A stretch of DNA of 49,556 nt, taken from positions 90,411,868 through 90,461,423 of the forward strand of contig NC_068983.1 in assembly GCF_001194135.2 (NCBI RefSeq), read 5' to 3'. The position numbers and the translations under genes are program-made. A model generated the notes under the pieces. The model saw only the letters and a list, made by a program, of their open reading frames with translations. It did no database searches and had not been told where the DNA came from. Source of the DNA: Octopus bimaculoides. Its lineage: Eukaryota. Below, in pieces: positions 37,481 to 48,612 of this stretch (position 1 is the stretch's first letter; each line of letters starts with the position of its first letter).

Positions 37481-37649
37481 ACCAACATTAACAATGTAAG
37501 TGGTGATATAGGCTGGGAAATTACATGTATATGAATTTGACAGTTTGCATAAAAGGAAAAGAAAACACAATATCCCATCCAAAAATAAAAGTATTTTAAG
37601 AAATCAAAATATATCAACTAGATTATGACTGGGAGATAACAGTTTACTC

Positions 37650-38340
37650 AAAGTAGCCACCTTCAGCTTTCATCACAGCCTTAAGATGGCTCCAGAATCA
37701 AGTACATGTGATCCTCACTATGTCCCTGGGAAGATCTTCAAATATTCCATTGATGTTGGCCACCAGCTCGGCCTTAATGATGCGAGGAGTGCAGTTGGTG
37801 TCTATTTCAACTGTCCAACATGTAGTAATTCATGGGATTACAATTGAGGAGTTTAGGAGGCCAGAAATTGGAGCTGGTGAAGTTGTAGAAATTATCTAAC
37901 AACATCTGACTTTCTGGAGGTATGGTAAAGAACCAAATTTTACTGCCACACATATGGTTTTTCAGTAGCAATCCTCTCCAGCCAGGGATTAACCACAGTC
38001 TCTAGCAGCTTCACATAGCTATCTAAATTGAGTCTAAGGTCCTGTTCAAAGATGTGGAGCAGCGTGATGTCACCTTCATTGGAGACACACCCAAAAACCA
38101 TCACAGTTTAGGAAAACTTGGTTTGCATAATACATGGAACATTACATGGATTATAGGCAAGCCACCTGTTGTTCTGTTGTGCAACTGGTCCAGACAAGAG
38201 TTGTTTTTATCCTTCAGCTGGTTCGGGAGCTTCTTTGCTTTGATGAAGCAGTTCTCCTTGGCCTTGGCCTTGGCTGCCAGAATTTGTCCTTGCAATTCTT
38301 GTATGAGTGGTAGTGAGGTCTCCTCAATCAGGGCCAGTTA
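37650..38340 (-). mobile_element. Decayed Tc1/mariner-superfamily transposase, maT/DD37D-like
   Basis: Minus strand pieces TVMVFGCVSNEGDV, YVWQ.DSxPYH, NFWPP..LNCNPMNYY, KAELVANI, AEGGYFE. Confidence 0.8.
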
Positions 38341-38810
38341 CGCTATAGTCTCCTTTACAGTCCACACATTTCTTCCATCAGTGTTGCAGTGTTCTGATCT
38401 CATTAGTGAAAAAGCTTTCATCCTGTTGATCAAAAAAGTCATCAAAGGCAGATATGACATCATCATCACTTCAATACTGATTCCCAGTGTGGTGTGATGG
38501 AGGAAAAAGACAAGAAGAAGCAAAAGGACAGAATGAAACGCTAGGACCTTACCTCGTCGATTGCGGCGGAGTAAACGATCGCTCCAGATCAAAACACGTC
38601 TTCCTCGTAAGCTCTCTGTCTTCTGACTGCCCCCACGTGCTGGCATTCGACAGCATGTGTCCGACTTCCGGTCTGGCTTCACTTCCGTTTGCTTCATCTC
38701 TCTCCACCAACAACACATAGCTCATCACAGCCCATAACACCACACGCCCCCCCCCTGATCTATAGATCATTCAATCGGCTCTCCCACTCACTCCTCGCTC
38801 CCAAACTACC

Positions 38811-41722
38811 TTAATTGGTTTCGTAATCAGCCAACCAGGGAGGAGGGTGCCACTCCCTCTGTCTCTGTGGTCGCTGTGCGACCCCGGGACTGGCCTGAGT
38901 TCCTGGCGCGCTGCCTTCATCATCTTGCCTACTGCTGCTGTCTTCATCATCTTGCTCACTATTGCTGGTTCCATCCTCTGAAGCATTGACAATCTTCCGC
39001 ATATCCAAAACATGGCATGGCATACCATCGACCGAGACGTTCTTTGAATTGATGGAGGTTATAGTTCCTTTACCCCATTGTGATGTACACCGTGCATTTG
39101 GGGGTTTTACCCAAACTTCTTCCCCGATTTGCACAAAGGTGTGCTCTTCTTCTCCCCCGAGTCGCATTGATGCAATACACAGATGCCTCCACTCATACCT
39201 GAATATTGCCCTGTGTGGCACCGACTCCTCAGCCTGTCCTGACCTGGGCGACATATTGTACCAAAATACGGCCTCGATTGGCGAAATGTGGCCCCTCTCT
39301 GCCATGGTCTTGATGGTACGATGATGCCTTTCCACCACTCCATTTCCACTTGGCTGGTATGCCGCCCTGAAGAAGCGGCTGACCTGCCACCCGTCAAGCA
39401 TTTCTTTCAGCACCTCCGAGCGAAATGCAGTGCCATTATCCAGCAGCAGCTCATCCATGGGACCTNNNNNNNNNNNNNNNNNNNNNNNNNNNNNNNNNNN
39501 NNNNNNNNNNNNNNNNNNNNNNNNNNNNNNNNNNNNNNNNNNNNNNNNNNNNNNNNNNNNNNNNNNNNNNNNNNNNNNNNNNNNNNNNNNNNNNNNNNNN
39601 NNNNNNNNNNNNNNNNNNNNNNNNNNNNNNNNNNNNNNNNNNNNNNNNNNNNNNNNNNNNNNNNNNNNNNNNNNNNNNNNNNNNNNNNNNNNNNNNNNNN
39701 NNNNNNNNNNNNNNNNNNNNNNNNNNNNNNNNNNNNNNNNNNNNNNNNNNNNNNNNNNNNNNNNNNNNNNNNNNNNNNNNNNNNNNNNNNNNNNNNNNNN
39801 NNNNNNNNNNNNNNNNNNNNNNNNNNNNNNNNNNNNNNNNNNNNNNNNNNNNNNNNNNNNNNNNNNNNNNNNNNNNNNNNNNNNNNNNNNNNNNNNNNNN
39901 NNNNNNNNNNNNNNNNNNNNNNNNNNNNNNNNNNNNNNNNNNNNNNNNNNNNNNNNNNNNNNNNNNNNNNNNNNNNNNNNNNNNNNNNNNNNNNNNNNNN
40001 GAATCGGTTCTAATTTCGATGGTGCACAGCCTCCACTTCAAGGCCAGGTTCACCCCCTTCAGTACGGCATCCAACTCTGCCACATTGATATGGTTGCAGT
40101 CATCCATCTTCCTGAGCCAGGCTGCATCTTCCACCACTGTGCCTCTCATTTCTAAGACAATCCCTATTGCGATGCTACTGGCGTCACACCAAACGATCCC
40201 GCTCTTTGATTTGGGAACATACCAACTGCCCCTCAATGGATCCTCTGCTCAAGACTTCCTGCATCATGTCGGTCGTTTTCTCCCCCACTCTGTCATTCCA
40301 CTTTGCTCCTTTGGCTCGTCTCTTGATGAAGCTACATGCTGTTCGGAGGCATCCTGCAACCGGGTAGTGTCCCACCAGCTTCCCACACACTGAGAACAGT
40401 TCCTGTCTACTCATGCTGGTGCCCAGTTCGGGGATCTCGTTCCCTCGCCAAAACACCAATGCGCCGGCCTTGTCTCTCCGTAGCCTGAGGTCCAGTGCAG
40501 CGCCTCCCTCCATGGTCTCTGGTGGCTTGGCGACCAGTCCAAAATTCTTCAGGTGGCCTATGATCTCCGTTGCTGGCATTATGGTTTCATCCACATGGAT
40601 GTCATCGATGTACAAATTGGTGGCCCTTTTTACTCTGTCCACCTTTCCCAGGATGGCCTTGAGAATTGTTGCCATAATTTTTGGCGCCGAATTTAGCCCA
40701 AACCCCAGCCTGGTCAAACAGTATGTCCGGCCCTTATACCTGACAAGCTGATGCTTCCACAGTCTCTCAGCCACATGCACCTGCAGGTATGCCGACTTCA
40801 AATCGACGATCGTGGAGGCCCCTGTCATTTGCCTCCATTCTCGTAAGGTCTCCCCGCAGACATCTGTGGCCTCGCTGCCCGTATGACATGATATGTGGTC
40901 ATTCAGCTCTCGGAAGTCAAGCACTGGTCTGACCTTATGCTTTGTGGGCTGTACCACCGCCATCAGCAGCAGGACTCTGCTCTCTACTTCTTCTTCCCAA
41001 GGGATCAATATGCCCTCCTTAATCCACCGCTCCACATCCCCCTTGAACTCGCTTCTGGCATCTCCTTTCAAAGTATGCTGGTAGCAGCCCACTTTATTTT
41101 TTAACGTCGGGGGCTCTCCCCTCCAGNNNNNNNNNNNNNNNNNNNNNNNNNNNNNNNNNNNNNNNNNNNNNNNNNNNNNNNNNNNNNNNNNNNNNNNNNN
41201 NNNNNNNNNNNNNNNNNNNNNNNNNNNNNNNNNNNNNNNNNNNNNNNNNNNNNNNNNNNNNNNNNNNNNNNNNNNNNNNNNNNNNNNNNNNNNNNNNNNN
41301 NNNNNNNNNNNNNNNNNNNNNNNNNNNNNNNNNNNNNNNNNNNNNNNNNNNNNNNNNNNNNNNNNNNNNNNNNNNNNNNNNNNNNNNNNNNNNNNNNNNN
41401 NNNNNNNNNNNNNNNNNNNNNNNNNNNNNNNNNNNNNNNNNNNNNNNNNNNNNNNNNNNNNNNNNNNNNNNNNNNNNNNNNNNNNNNNNNNNNNNNNNNN
41501 NNNNNNNNNNNNNNNNNNNNNNNNNNNNNNNNNNNNNNNNNNNNNNNNNNNNNNNNNNNNNNNNNNNNNNNNNNNNNNNNNNNNNNNNNNNNNNNNNNNN
41601 NNNNNNNGGGCTCGCGACATCTTCCCCTCCACCAGCACCTCAACAACGGGTAGCAAAAAACGCGCCTCTATTGATCGAAAGGGATGACCACTGGCACAGT
41701 AGTCTCCCTTAGACCGTTTCCC
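38811..41722 (-). pseudogene. pol: pol (protease, RT, RNase H, DDE integrase), partly in N-gaps, at least one frameshift near 40240
   Basis: KVRPVLDFRELN, VDLKSAYLQ, LGFGLNSAP, YIDDI, WCDASSIAIG, HINVAEL, LDNGTAF, GNGVVERHHRTIK. Confidence 0.9.
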
Positions 41723-42426
41723 TGCAGACATTCGCTGGCTATATGTCCCGTTTCTCGACAACGGTAGCAAATGACCTCAGGCTTGGGTAACTTGCAGTCT
41801 CGCACCATGTGCGGGCCCTGACACCGGAAACACTATCCTTTGAACAGTCGCACACGTTCCTTGTTCGACCCCTCTCCGCTACTCCTTGGTCGGCCACCTT
41901 TTGCTGTTGCAGTTGCTGCCAACGGCGTCAATCTACAACACGAAACTAACATGCGGGCCCTCGTTATTATATCCACCATGGGCATGGCGTTCACGTCCGG
42001 CACTTTCTGCAATTCCACCGACATGTGGTCAGGAAAACCAGTCACAAATGCCAACTTAACTGTCCGATTTAGCGATTCTCCCTCGTACCCCGCCAGTTTA
42101 GCCAATCTCCTAAGTTCGTTGGCAAACACGTCGACCTGTTCGCCAGTCCACTTTGCTCTCCCCAGGCGAGCATACGCTTCAAACATTCCTTCTGCAAAGG
42201 CCTCCATCAAGCGGATTTCAATTTTTTCCACGTTAAGTTGGTCCCTCTCTTCCATCTCTAAAAATAGCGCCAACGCCGGACCATCTAAGTACAGTGGTAA
42301 AAAGCTTGCCAAGTTGCCTATCCCGTGGAGCGTCGCGACCAGCTTCATCTTTTTTATCCACACAACCACGTCCGTGTCACCACAAAACGGTTTAATCACA
42401 TCGCTTGAAATCCGGACTACACTCAT
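41671..42426 (-). pseudogene. gag: gag with two zinc knuckles and one premature stop at 41833-41835
   Basis: MSVVRISSDVIKPFCGD...FKG*CFRCQGPHMVRDC...CYRCRETGHIASEC. Confidence 0.85.
41679..41722 (-). promoter_or_regulatory. -1 programmed ribosomal frameshift signal
   Basis: G GGA AAC heptamer in the gag frame, 5-nt spacer, 13-bp hairpin AAGGGAGACUACU/AGUGGUC(A)UCCCUU; the -1 frame is pol. Confidence 0.8.
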
Positions 42427-42457
42427 TTTTTTTTTTTTTTTTAAATTTTTTTTATGG

Positions 42458-42469
42458 GCCGAAATAGCT
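42458..42469 (-). promoter_or_regulatory. Primer-binding site AGCTATTTCGGC, complementary to nt 1-12 of tRNA-Phe(GAA)
   Basis: Abuts the 5' LTR end; plus strand reads GCCGAAATAGCT, the conserved 5' end of animal cytosolic tRNA-Phe. Confidence 0.7.
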
Positions 42470-43814
42470 TGTGGTGTGATGGAGGAAAAAGACAAGAAGC
42501 AAAAGGACAGAATGAAACGCTAGGACCTTACCTCGTCGACCTTGGCAGAGTAAACAATCGCTCCAGATCAAAACACGTCTTCCTCGTAAGCTCTCTGTCT
42601 TCTGACTGCCCCCACATGCTGGCATTCGACAGCGTGTGACCGACTTCCGGTCTGGCTTCACTTCCATTTGCTTCATCTCTCTCCACCAACAACACATAGC
42701 TCATCACAGCCCATAACACCACACCCAGCAAAGTGGTTTTTCCTGTTGAGGGATAGATGATAGTTAAACGGGGCTAAATCAGAAGAATAGGGAGGTTGAT
42801 CAACCAGTTCAAAGCCACAGTCATGCACAGCAACCATTGAAACTAACAACTTGTGTGTGGGAGCATAGTCCTGATGAAACAAGACTCCTTTCATCAGTTT
42901 GCTCTTGATATCCTTTTGTAACTGTCTCAGCAAGTTGGCATTATACTCTCCATTGATGGTGTGGCCTTTTGAAGATAGTCAATAAACACGATTCCTTTTG
43001 CATCCCAAAAAACTGAGCCTATTATCTTCCCTGTAGATGAAACAACATGGTCTTCTTTAGAGGGGTATTTCCACTGCATGGATTGTCTCTTTGTCTCTGG
43101 TTGAAAGTGATGAACCCAACACTCATCTTGGGTTAGGAAATATCCAAAGAAACCAGCGAGATCTGCCTCAAATAGTGTCAAATTTTCGTGTAATGTGACC
43201 AGCCTAGCATGCTTTTGATCAAGTGTCAAAAGACATGGCACCCACCAACTAGAAACCTTTGTTGTGCCAAGTTCTTTGTACAGATTATTCTCAACTCTCT
43301 CATGGGATATGCTAACAGTGTAAGTTTTTTGATTTATAGCAAATTGCTTGTCATCCATCACCATGTGGTGAACACAATCACTGTTTTCCTTGGTGGTGGC
43401 ATTTGCAGAATGTTCAGACCTTGGGTCATCTTCAAGACTCTCCTTTGCCCTCCTAAATTCAGCAGCCCACTTTTGCACTGTTGATAAAGCTAGAGTGTCA
43501 TCTCCTAATGCAGCAACCATGTCAGCATGAATGTCGTTGAAGGCTAAACCCTTTTTTTCAGCAGGTACTTGATCACAACAGGTTATCAAATTTTGTCCAT
43601 TTTCAAGAGAAGTCACTACTAGTTACTTTTGAAGTCTTCTTTGATCAGTGAGATGTCAGTTTACCTGGAAAGAAACCATGCAGTTATTGATAAGAAGTGT
43701 TGAAATTAATACATGCAAGATTCAAAGCTCTATCATTACTCCTTCATAGTCAGCCAATGAACTTTTCAGCCCAGCCTTGCTTGCACATGTGTGTGTGTGT
43801 GTGTGTATGTGTAA

Positions 43815-44320
43815 ATCAGATGTGGTGTGAAAGAGAGACAATAGGCACCAGATGTGCAAGAGAAATGGCTGTGCTGGTATGGTTATGTGATGCATATGGA
43901 CAAGGACAGCTGTGTAAAGGAGTGCCAATCTGTAACTGTGGAGGGAACCAGTGGTAGAGGTAGACCCAGGAAGACATGGAACAAGGTGGTGAAGCATGAT
44001 CTTCAAACTTTGGGCCTCACAGAGGCAAAGTGGCCGATGCTGGTCATTGACAAATGACTGAGACCTTTGGCATTATGCTGTGCTTAAGTGTAAGACCCAT
44101 CAAGCTAAGTAAAATCACAGTCATAGCAGATACTGGTGTCATGCAAATGGCACCCATGCCAGTGGCACCCAAAATCACTCATTACACTCTCAGAGTGGTT
44201 GACATTAGGAAGGGCATCCAGCTGTAGAAACTATACCAAATCAGACTGGAGTTTGGTGCAGCCTTCCAGCCCTGGTCAAACTGTTCAACACATGCCAACA
44301 TGGACATTAAATGATGATGA
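43815..44320 (+). mobile_element. RTE 3' fragment with 3' UTR and (GAT)n tail
   Basis: WYGYVMHMDKDSCVK..GRGRPRKTW, followed by the tail homologous to 4000-4178. Confidence 0.88.
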
Positions 44321-44454
44321 TGTATGTATGTGCGTATGTATGTATGTGCATATGTATGTATGTGCGTATGTATGTATGTGATGAGGATGGGTGTGCGTGT
44401 ACAGGTATTTGCATAGCCTTGTCATATGGTCTACTTTGATGTTTACTCCCTGGG

Positions 44455-44880
44455 GAGTAAACATCAAAGACAGGAAATATGAAAGACGGAAAATATGAGT
44501 TGGTTGAACTCTGTGAAAACAATGAATGGATGACAATATGCCTTCCTGTAGAGATAGGTGTTAGAAGATATGTTGGAACTGGGGCTCACTCAATGCTCAG
44601 GTGTCTTGGACTAGCTACAAAGAAGACAAAAGATGATGCTGAAAATTGTCAGAAACTGCTGAGAAAGCAATATAGCTTAAGAGAGAGGATAAGTGGTACA
44701 GCAAGAACAAGCACTGAGGTAGAAATATCTGACCCAGAGTCACAACATCTGACTTGACTCTTATGCTGTTGTGTGAGAGTTTTGTTACCAGCATCAGTGG
44801 GTGGTACCAGACAGCTCTGGAAGAGGCTGAAACACCTAGAGCCGCTTCATGGTCTGATGAGACATCCACTCCTGTATTCA
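44455..44880 (+). mobile_element. 3' end of an RLE-type non-LTR retrotransposon (HERO/NeSL-like)
   Basis: GKYELVELCENNEWMTICLPVEIGVRRYVG resembles the KYxxLxxxCxxxGWxxxxxPVEVGxRG motif. Confidence 0.55.
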
Positions 44881-44929
44881 TATATAGAGTGCAGCAGTAC
44901 CCTCAGCACACAAGTGTTCATACTAATAT

Positions 44930-45100
44930 ATCATCATTTAACATCTATTTTCCATGCTGGCATGGGTTGGATGGTTTGACAGGAGTTGGCAAGGCCAGGA
45001 GTCCCACCAGCCATCATTGTCTATTTTGGCATGGTTTCTACAGCTGATGCTCTTCCACTTTTTGAAGTATACCAGGTGCTTTTTACATGGCACCAGCACC
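44930..45100 (-). mobile_element. RTE-tail SINE fragment
   Basis: catcatttaacatctattttccatgctggcatgggttggatgg is the reverse complement of the tail. Confidence 0.8.
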
Positions 45101-46411
45101 ATCAATGATGGAGAGAAAGCACAGAAAGGAGTTGATTGGTGGAGATAGTAGGCAAGGCAAGATAAAGGGAAATGGAAGCTCTCGATTCTAAAAATGAAAT
45201 CTTTACAAGATGTCTTCTCACGGATAGATATATACTAGCCAACTAGAAAATACAGCCTTTGGACAATTAACCATCCTTGGAAATCAGCTGCTGTGAAGAA
45301 AGTCTTTTCATATTTTTAATTTTCCTTTCTCTTTTCTTTCCTTCATTTTTTTTTTTTGACACCAATATTTTTCCTTAATTCCTTTTTCTTTTTTATTCTG
45401 TTTTTTTTTTCAACTTCCCTCATATCACATTCCCAACCTTCCAGTCACTGCCCTACTTCCCTTCCTCAAGCCACTTTCGTTTCTCATTATCAACTATGCC
45501 CACACTATTTCTACCAATCACCTACTTTCTGTACCTTCAGTTACTACTCTCTCTCCTCTGCTATGTTCCATTCTTAACAACTCTCTTACCTGCTATCATT
45601 CTCAATGCCATCATGTCCCACTTTTTATAGCCCCTTATGCACCTTTATATACCCTTCTCCACCACTCCAACACCTTGCACATTCTTCTGCTAATGATCTA
45701 TTCTCCTTCTGAGCCACTCCTATATCTCTAAACTTACTCCTCTCCATACTGGTATTTCCCTTCGATCACACCTCCATCCTTGGTCACCACTCACTACATT
45801 CATTTTAACCTCATTTTCAAATGTTACTCCCTACTCACACTTTTGTGAAATTATCCACCCTCCCCTCCTCTTCCAATACCCATTGTCTGTACCCTGTTTT
45901 AGGTTCACCTTGAGAGTTAAGAGTTTGCTCTGGTACTCCATCACTACCTTCTTTTTATCATCTCAACTATTCTCACTCCTATATATAATGTGGGGTAACT
46001 ATATATTTCCCCTCTACCAAGATACCTAACATGAATCCACCTTTCTTTCTCAAATATTCCTCAGTGTGTTTACGTATCTTTCATTGGCGATGTCCTGCGA
46101 TGTCTTGCTAGATACCTAGGATATCTAGGTATCTTGCTAGATACCTAGAAAAATGTGTATTTTTCATTTGTGTGTGTATATATCTATACTATATATAAAA
46201 CAGAAATGTGTGTGTAATCGCTTTTCACGTGAAATCGACTTCACCAAATGCTTCCATACTTGTGATGCGTGAATAATTTGACCTCGGATAAATCTTAGGC
46301 TCTTCATTTGATTTTTTTAATTTAAAATAAATAATATTACTTTATATTTAAGATTCACTTCTTTAAAAAGGTTCCTCAATGTCAACTTCCGGTAGCCATA
46401 GTTTTTTCTTT

Positions 46412-46915
46412 ACTTTAACTTCAATCGTTACTGTTCGCACTAAAAGTTTACTCACATTTACTGATGTAAGTAATTTCATCATTTACTAACAGAAGTACGG
46501 TTTTGTGTTGCTGTTTGGTTCACTGAATGACAAATTTCGATTCAACATCACTTTAACTTCAATCGTTACTGTTCTCAATAAAAGTTTACGTTTTCATTCG
46601 CTAACAAGTTCACATTTACTGATGTAAGTAATTTCATTATTTACTAACAGAAGTACAGTTTTGTGTTTTCCTGTTACTGAGGGGATTTTTTTTTTCTGGT
46701 ACCTTCGATACTGGCTCTTTGGTTCACTGAGTGACAAATTTCGCTTCAACATCACTTTAACTTCAATCGTTACTGTTCTCAATAAAAGTTTACGTTTTCA
46801 TTCGCTAACAAGTTCACATTTACTGATGTAAGTAATTTCATTATTTACTAACAGAAGTACGATTTTGTGTTTCCCTGTTGCTGAGGGGTTTTTTTTCTGG
46901 TACCTTCGATACTGC
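46412..46915 (+). repeat. Three tandem copies (periods 138 and 204 bp) inside the Helitron 5' region
   Basis: actttaacttcaatcgttactgtt recurs at 46412, 46550 and 46754. Confidence 0.9.
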
Positions 46916-46917
46916 TT

Positions 46918-48303
46918 TCTGAAGACATTCTTCAAAGAATTCAATATCAGTGTGACGTTGATGTCACATTCAATGATGACATCTTCAATGAGACATTAAG
47001 ATTAATAGACGACAAGGTTCAATCACTGGGTGGAAACAAACTTGAAATCTATGGTCTTCCAGCTCCTCCTGTCAGAGATGTTCAACACAGATTAGCACAA
47101 GAGCTAATCAAGGAAACATCATACAACATAGAAAGTTTGCAAGCAGTTGTCAATGAAAAGGAACCAATTCTGGTACAGGATCAAAAGGAGGTATACTGGC
47201 AAGTTCTTACATCTGTGGACAATAACACTGGTGGGGTTTTCTTCTTAGATGCTCCTGGAGGCACAGGAAAGACATTATTGATCAACCTGCTCCTTGCCAA
47301 GGTGAGACAGAAGAAGAAGATTGCTCTGGCTGTTGCATCCTCTGGAATTGCAGCCACACTCCTAACAGGTGGAAGAACAGCCCATTCAACATTCAAGCTG
47401 CCTCTGAACCTCATCCAAAATGAATCTCCTTTATGCAACATAACAANNNNNNNNNNNNNNNNNNNNNNNNNNNNNNNNNNNNNNNNNNNNNNNNNNNNNN
47501 NNNNNNNNNNNNNNNNNNNNNNNNNNNNNNNNNNNNNNNNNNNNNNNNNNNNNNNNNNNNNNNNNNNNNNNNNNNNNNNNNNNNNNNNNNNNNNNNNNNN
47601 NNNNNNNNNNNNNNNNNNNNNNNNNNNNNNNNNNNNNNNNNNNNNNNNNNNNNNNNNNNNNNNNNNNNNNNNNNNNNNNNNNNNNNNNNNNNNNNNNNNN
47701 NNNNNNNNNNNNNNNNNNNNNNNNNNNNNNNNNNNNNNNNNNNNNNNNNNNNNNNNNNNNNNNNNNNNNNNNNNNNNNNNNNNNNNNNNNNNNNNNNNNN
47801 NNNNNNNNNNNNNNNNNNNNNNNNNNNNNNNNNNNNNNNNNNNNNNNNNNNNNNNNNNNNNNNNNNNNNNNNNNNNNNNNNNNNNNNNNNNNNNNNNNNN
47901 NNNNNNNNNNNNNNNNNNNNNNNNNNNNNNNNNNNNNNNNNNNNNNNNNNNNNNNNNNNNNNNNNNNNNNNNNNNNNNNNNNNNNNNNNNNNNNNNNNNN
48001 NNNNNNNNNNNNNNNNNNNNNNNNNAGAATGTCTTCATTCCAAGGATACCTCTCATTTCAAATGATCTCCCCTTTCAGTTCAAGAGACTGCAGTTTCCGG
48101 TCAAACTTAGCTTTGCAATGTCTATTAACAAAGCACAAGGTCAATCTCTAAAGGTGGTGGGACTTAACCTCCTTCAACCTTGCTTCTCACATGGTCAGCT
48201 GTATGTTGGATGTTCTAGAGTTGGAGATGAAAAGAACCTCTACATTCTCAGTGATAAACATGGCAAGACAGAAAACATAGTATATGAAGAAGCACTTACA
48301 TGA
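46918..48303 (+). CDS. Helitron PIF1-family helicase domain, no start codon, middle in N-gap
   Basis: SEDILQRIQ..YGLPAP, FFLDAPGGTGKT, AVASSGIAATLLTGGRTAHSTFKLPL, IPRIPL..KRLQFPVKLSFAMSINKAQGQSL, FSHGQLYVGCSRV. Confidence 0.93.
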   Translation, partial: SEDILQRIQYQCDVDVTFNDDIFNETLRLIDDKVQSLGGNKLEIYGLPAPPVRDVQHRLAQELIKETSYNIESLQAVVNEKEPILVQDQKEVYWQVLTSVDNNTGGVFFLDAPGGTGKTLLINLLLAKVRQKKKIALAVASSGIAATLLTGGRTAHSTFKLPLNLIQNESPLCNITXXXXXXXXXXXXXXXXXXXXXXXXXXXXXXXXXXXXXXXXXXXXXXXXXXXXXXXXXXXXXXXXXXXXXXXXXXXXXXXXXXXXXXXXXXXXXXXXXXXXXXXXXXXXXXXXXXXXXXXXXXXXXXXXXXXXXXXXXXXXXXXXXXXXXXXXXXXXXXXXXXXXXXXXXXXXXXXXXXXXXXXXXXXXXXXXXXNVFIPRIPLISNDLPFQFKRLQFPVKLSFAMSINKAQGQSLKVVGLNLLQPCFSHGQLYVGCSRVGDEKNLYILSDKHGKTENIVYEEALT

Positions 48304-48612
48304 ATAGTATGTACATGTCATATACAAAAGTGTAAAACCATTGAGTGTTAAAGTAAGTATTACTATTACACTTTCACTTTTCGACTGACATGTGTCAATG
48401 TATATCTGTGTATATAACAATGAAACAATAACGTGGTATATCCGCTGTGTGAATTTTTTTCATTTAATCCCCATTTTAATTATCGTAAAAGTTTCCAAGT
48501 ACCAATAAGCAACAATTTAATTCCCGGGCAACGCTGGATGGCTCTGCTAGTATATATATAAAGATACATACCTACATCTCCTTCATTGGACATGAAACTC
48601 GGCTTGCAAAGA

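Larger units (their letters stand above)
38488..42723 (-). mobile_element. Compact full-length LTR retrotransposon (gag-PR-RT-RH-IN order)
   Basis: LTRs 38488-38744 and 42470-42723 (about 10 substitutions plus one 3-bp indel); 5-bp TSD CCCAG at 38483-38487 and 42724-42728; G-rich PPT at 38745-38755. Confidence 0.96.
38341..43780 (-). mobile_element. Mariner (DD34D) element, split by the LTR retrotransposon at 38488-42723
   Basis: WVPCLL, TQDECWVHH, HQDYAPTH, QPPYSSDLAPFNYHL; frame continues across the insertion as HFAG|NQY.SDDDV..KKCVDCKGDY; 5' TIR-like gaacttttcagcccagcc at 43759-43776. Confidence 0.92.
46183..48550 (+). mobile_element. Helitron with both termini, Rep domain deleted
   Basis: A|TCTATACTATATATAAAA 5' end; 3' end cccgggcaacgctggatggctctgCTAG|T; AT target site. 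Confidence 0.9.

Noticed and set aside
42455-42465. Plus-strand TGGGCCGAAA resembling a canonical tRNA-Phe 3' PBS (TGGTGCCGAAA)
   Set aside because: Wrong strand for a minus-strand element; the resemblance comes from acceptor-stem symmetry, and the following TAGCT matches the tRNA 5' end instead
45300-46050. Long pyrimidine-rich stretch
   Set aside because: Degenerate low-complexity sequence with no periodicity or coding signal that I could support
46103-46148. Short direct repeat tcttgctagatacctag around a small palindrome
   Set aside because: Too short to distinguish from local slippage; no functional indication
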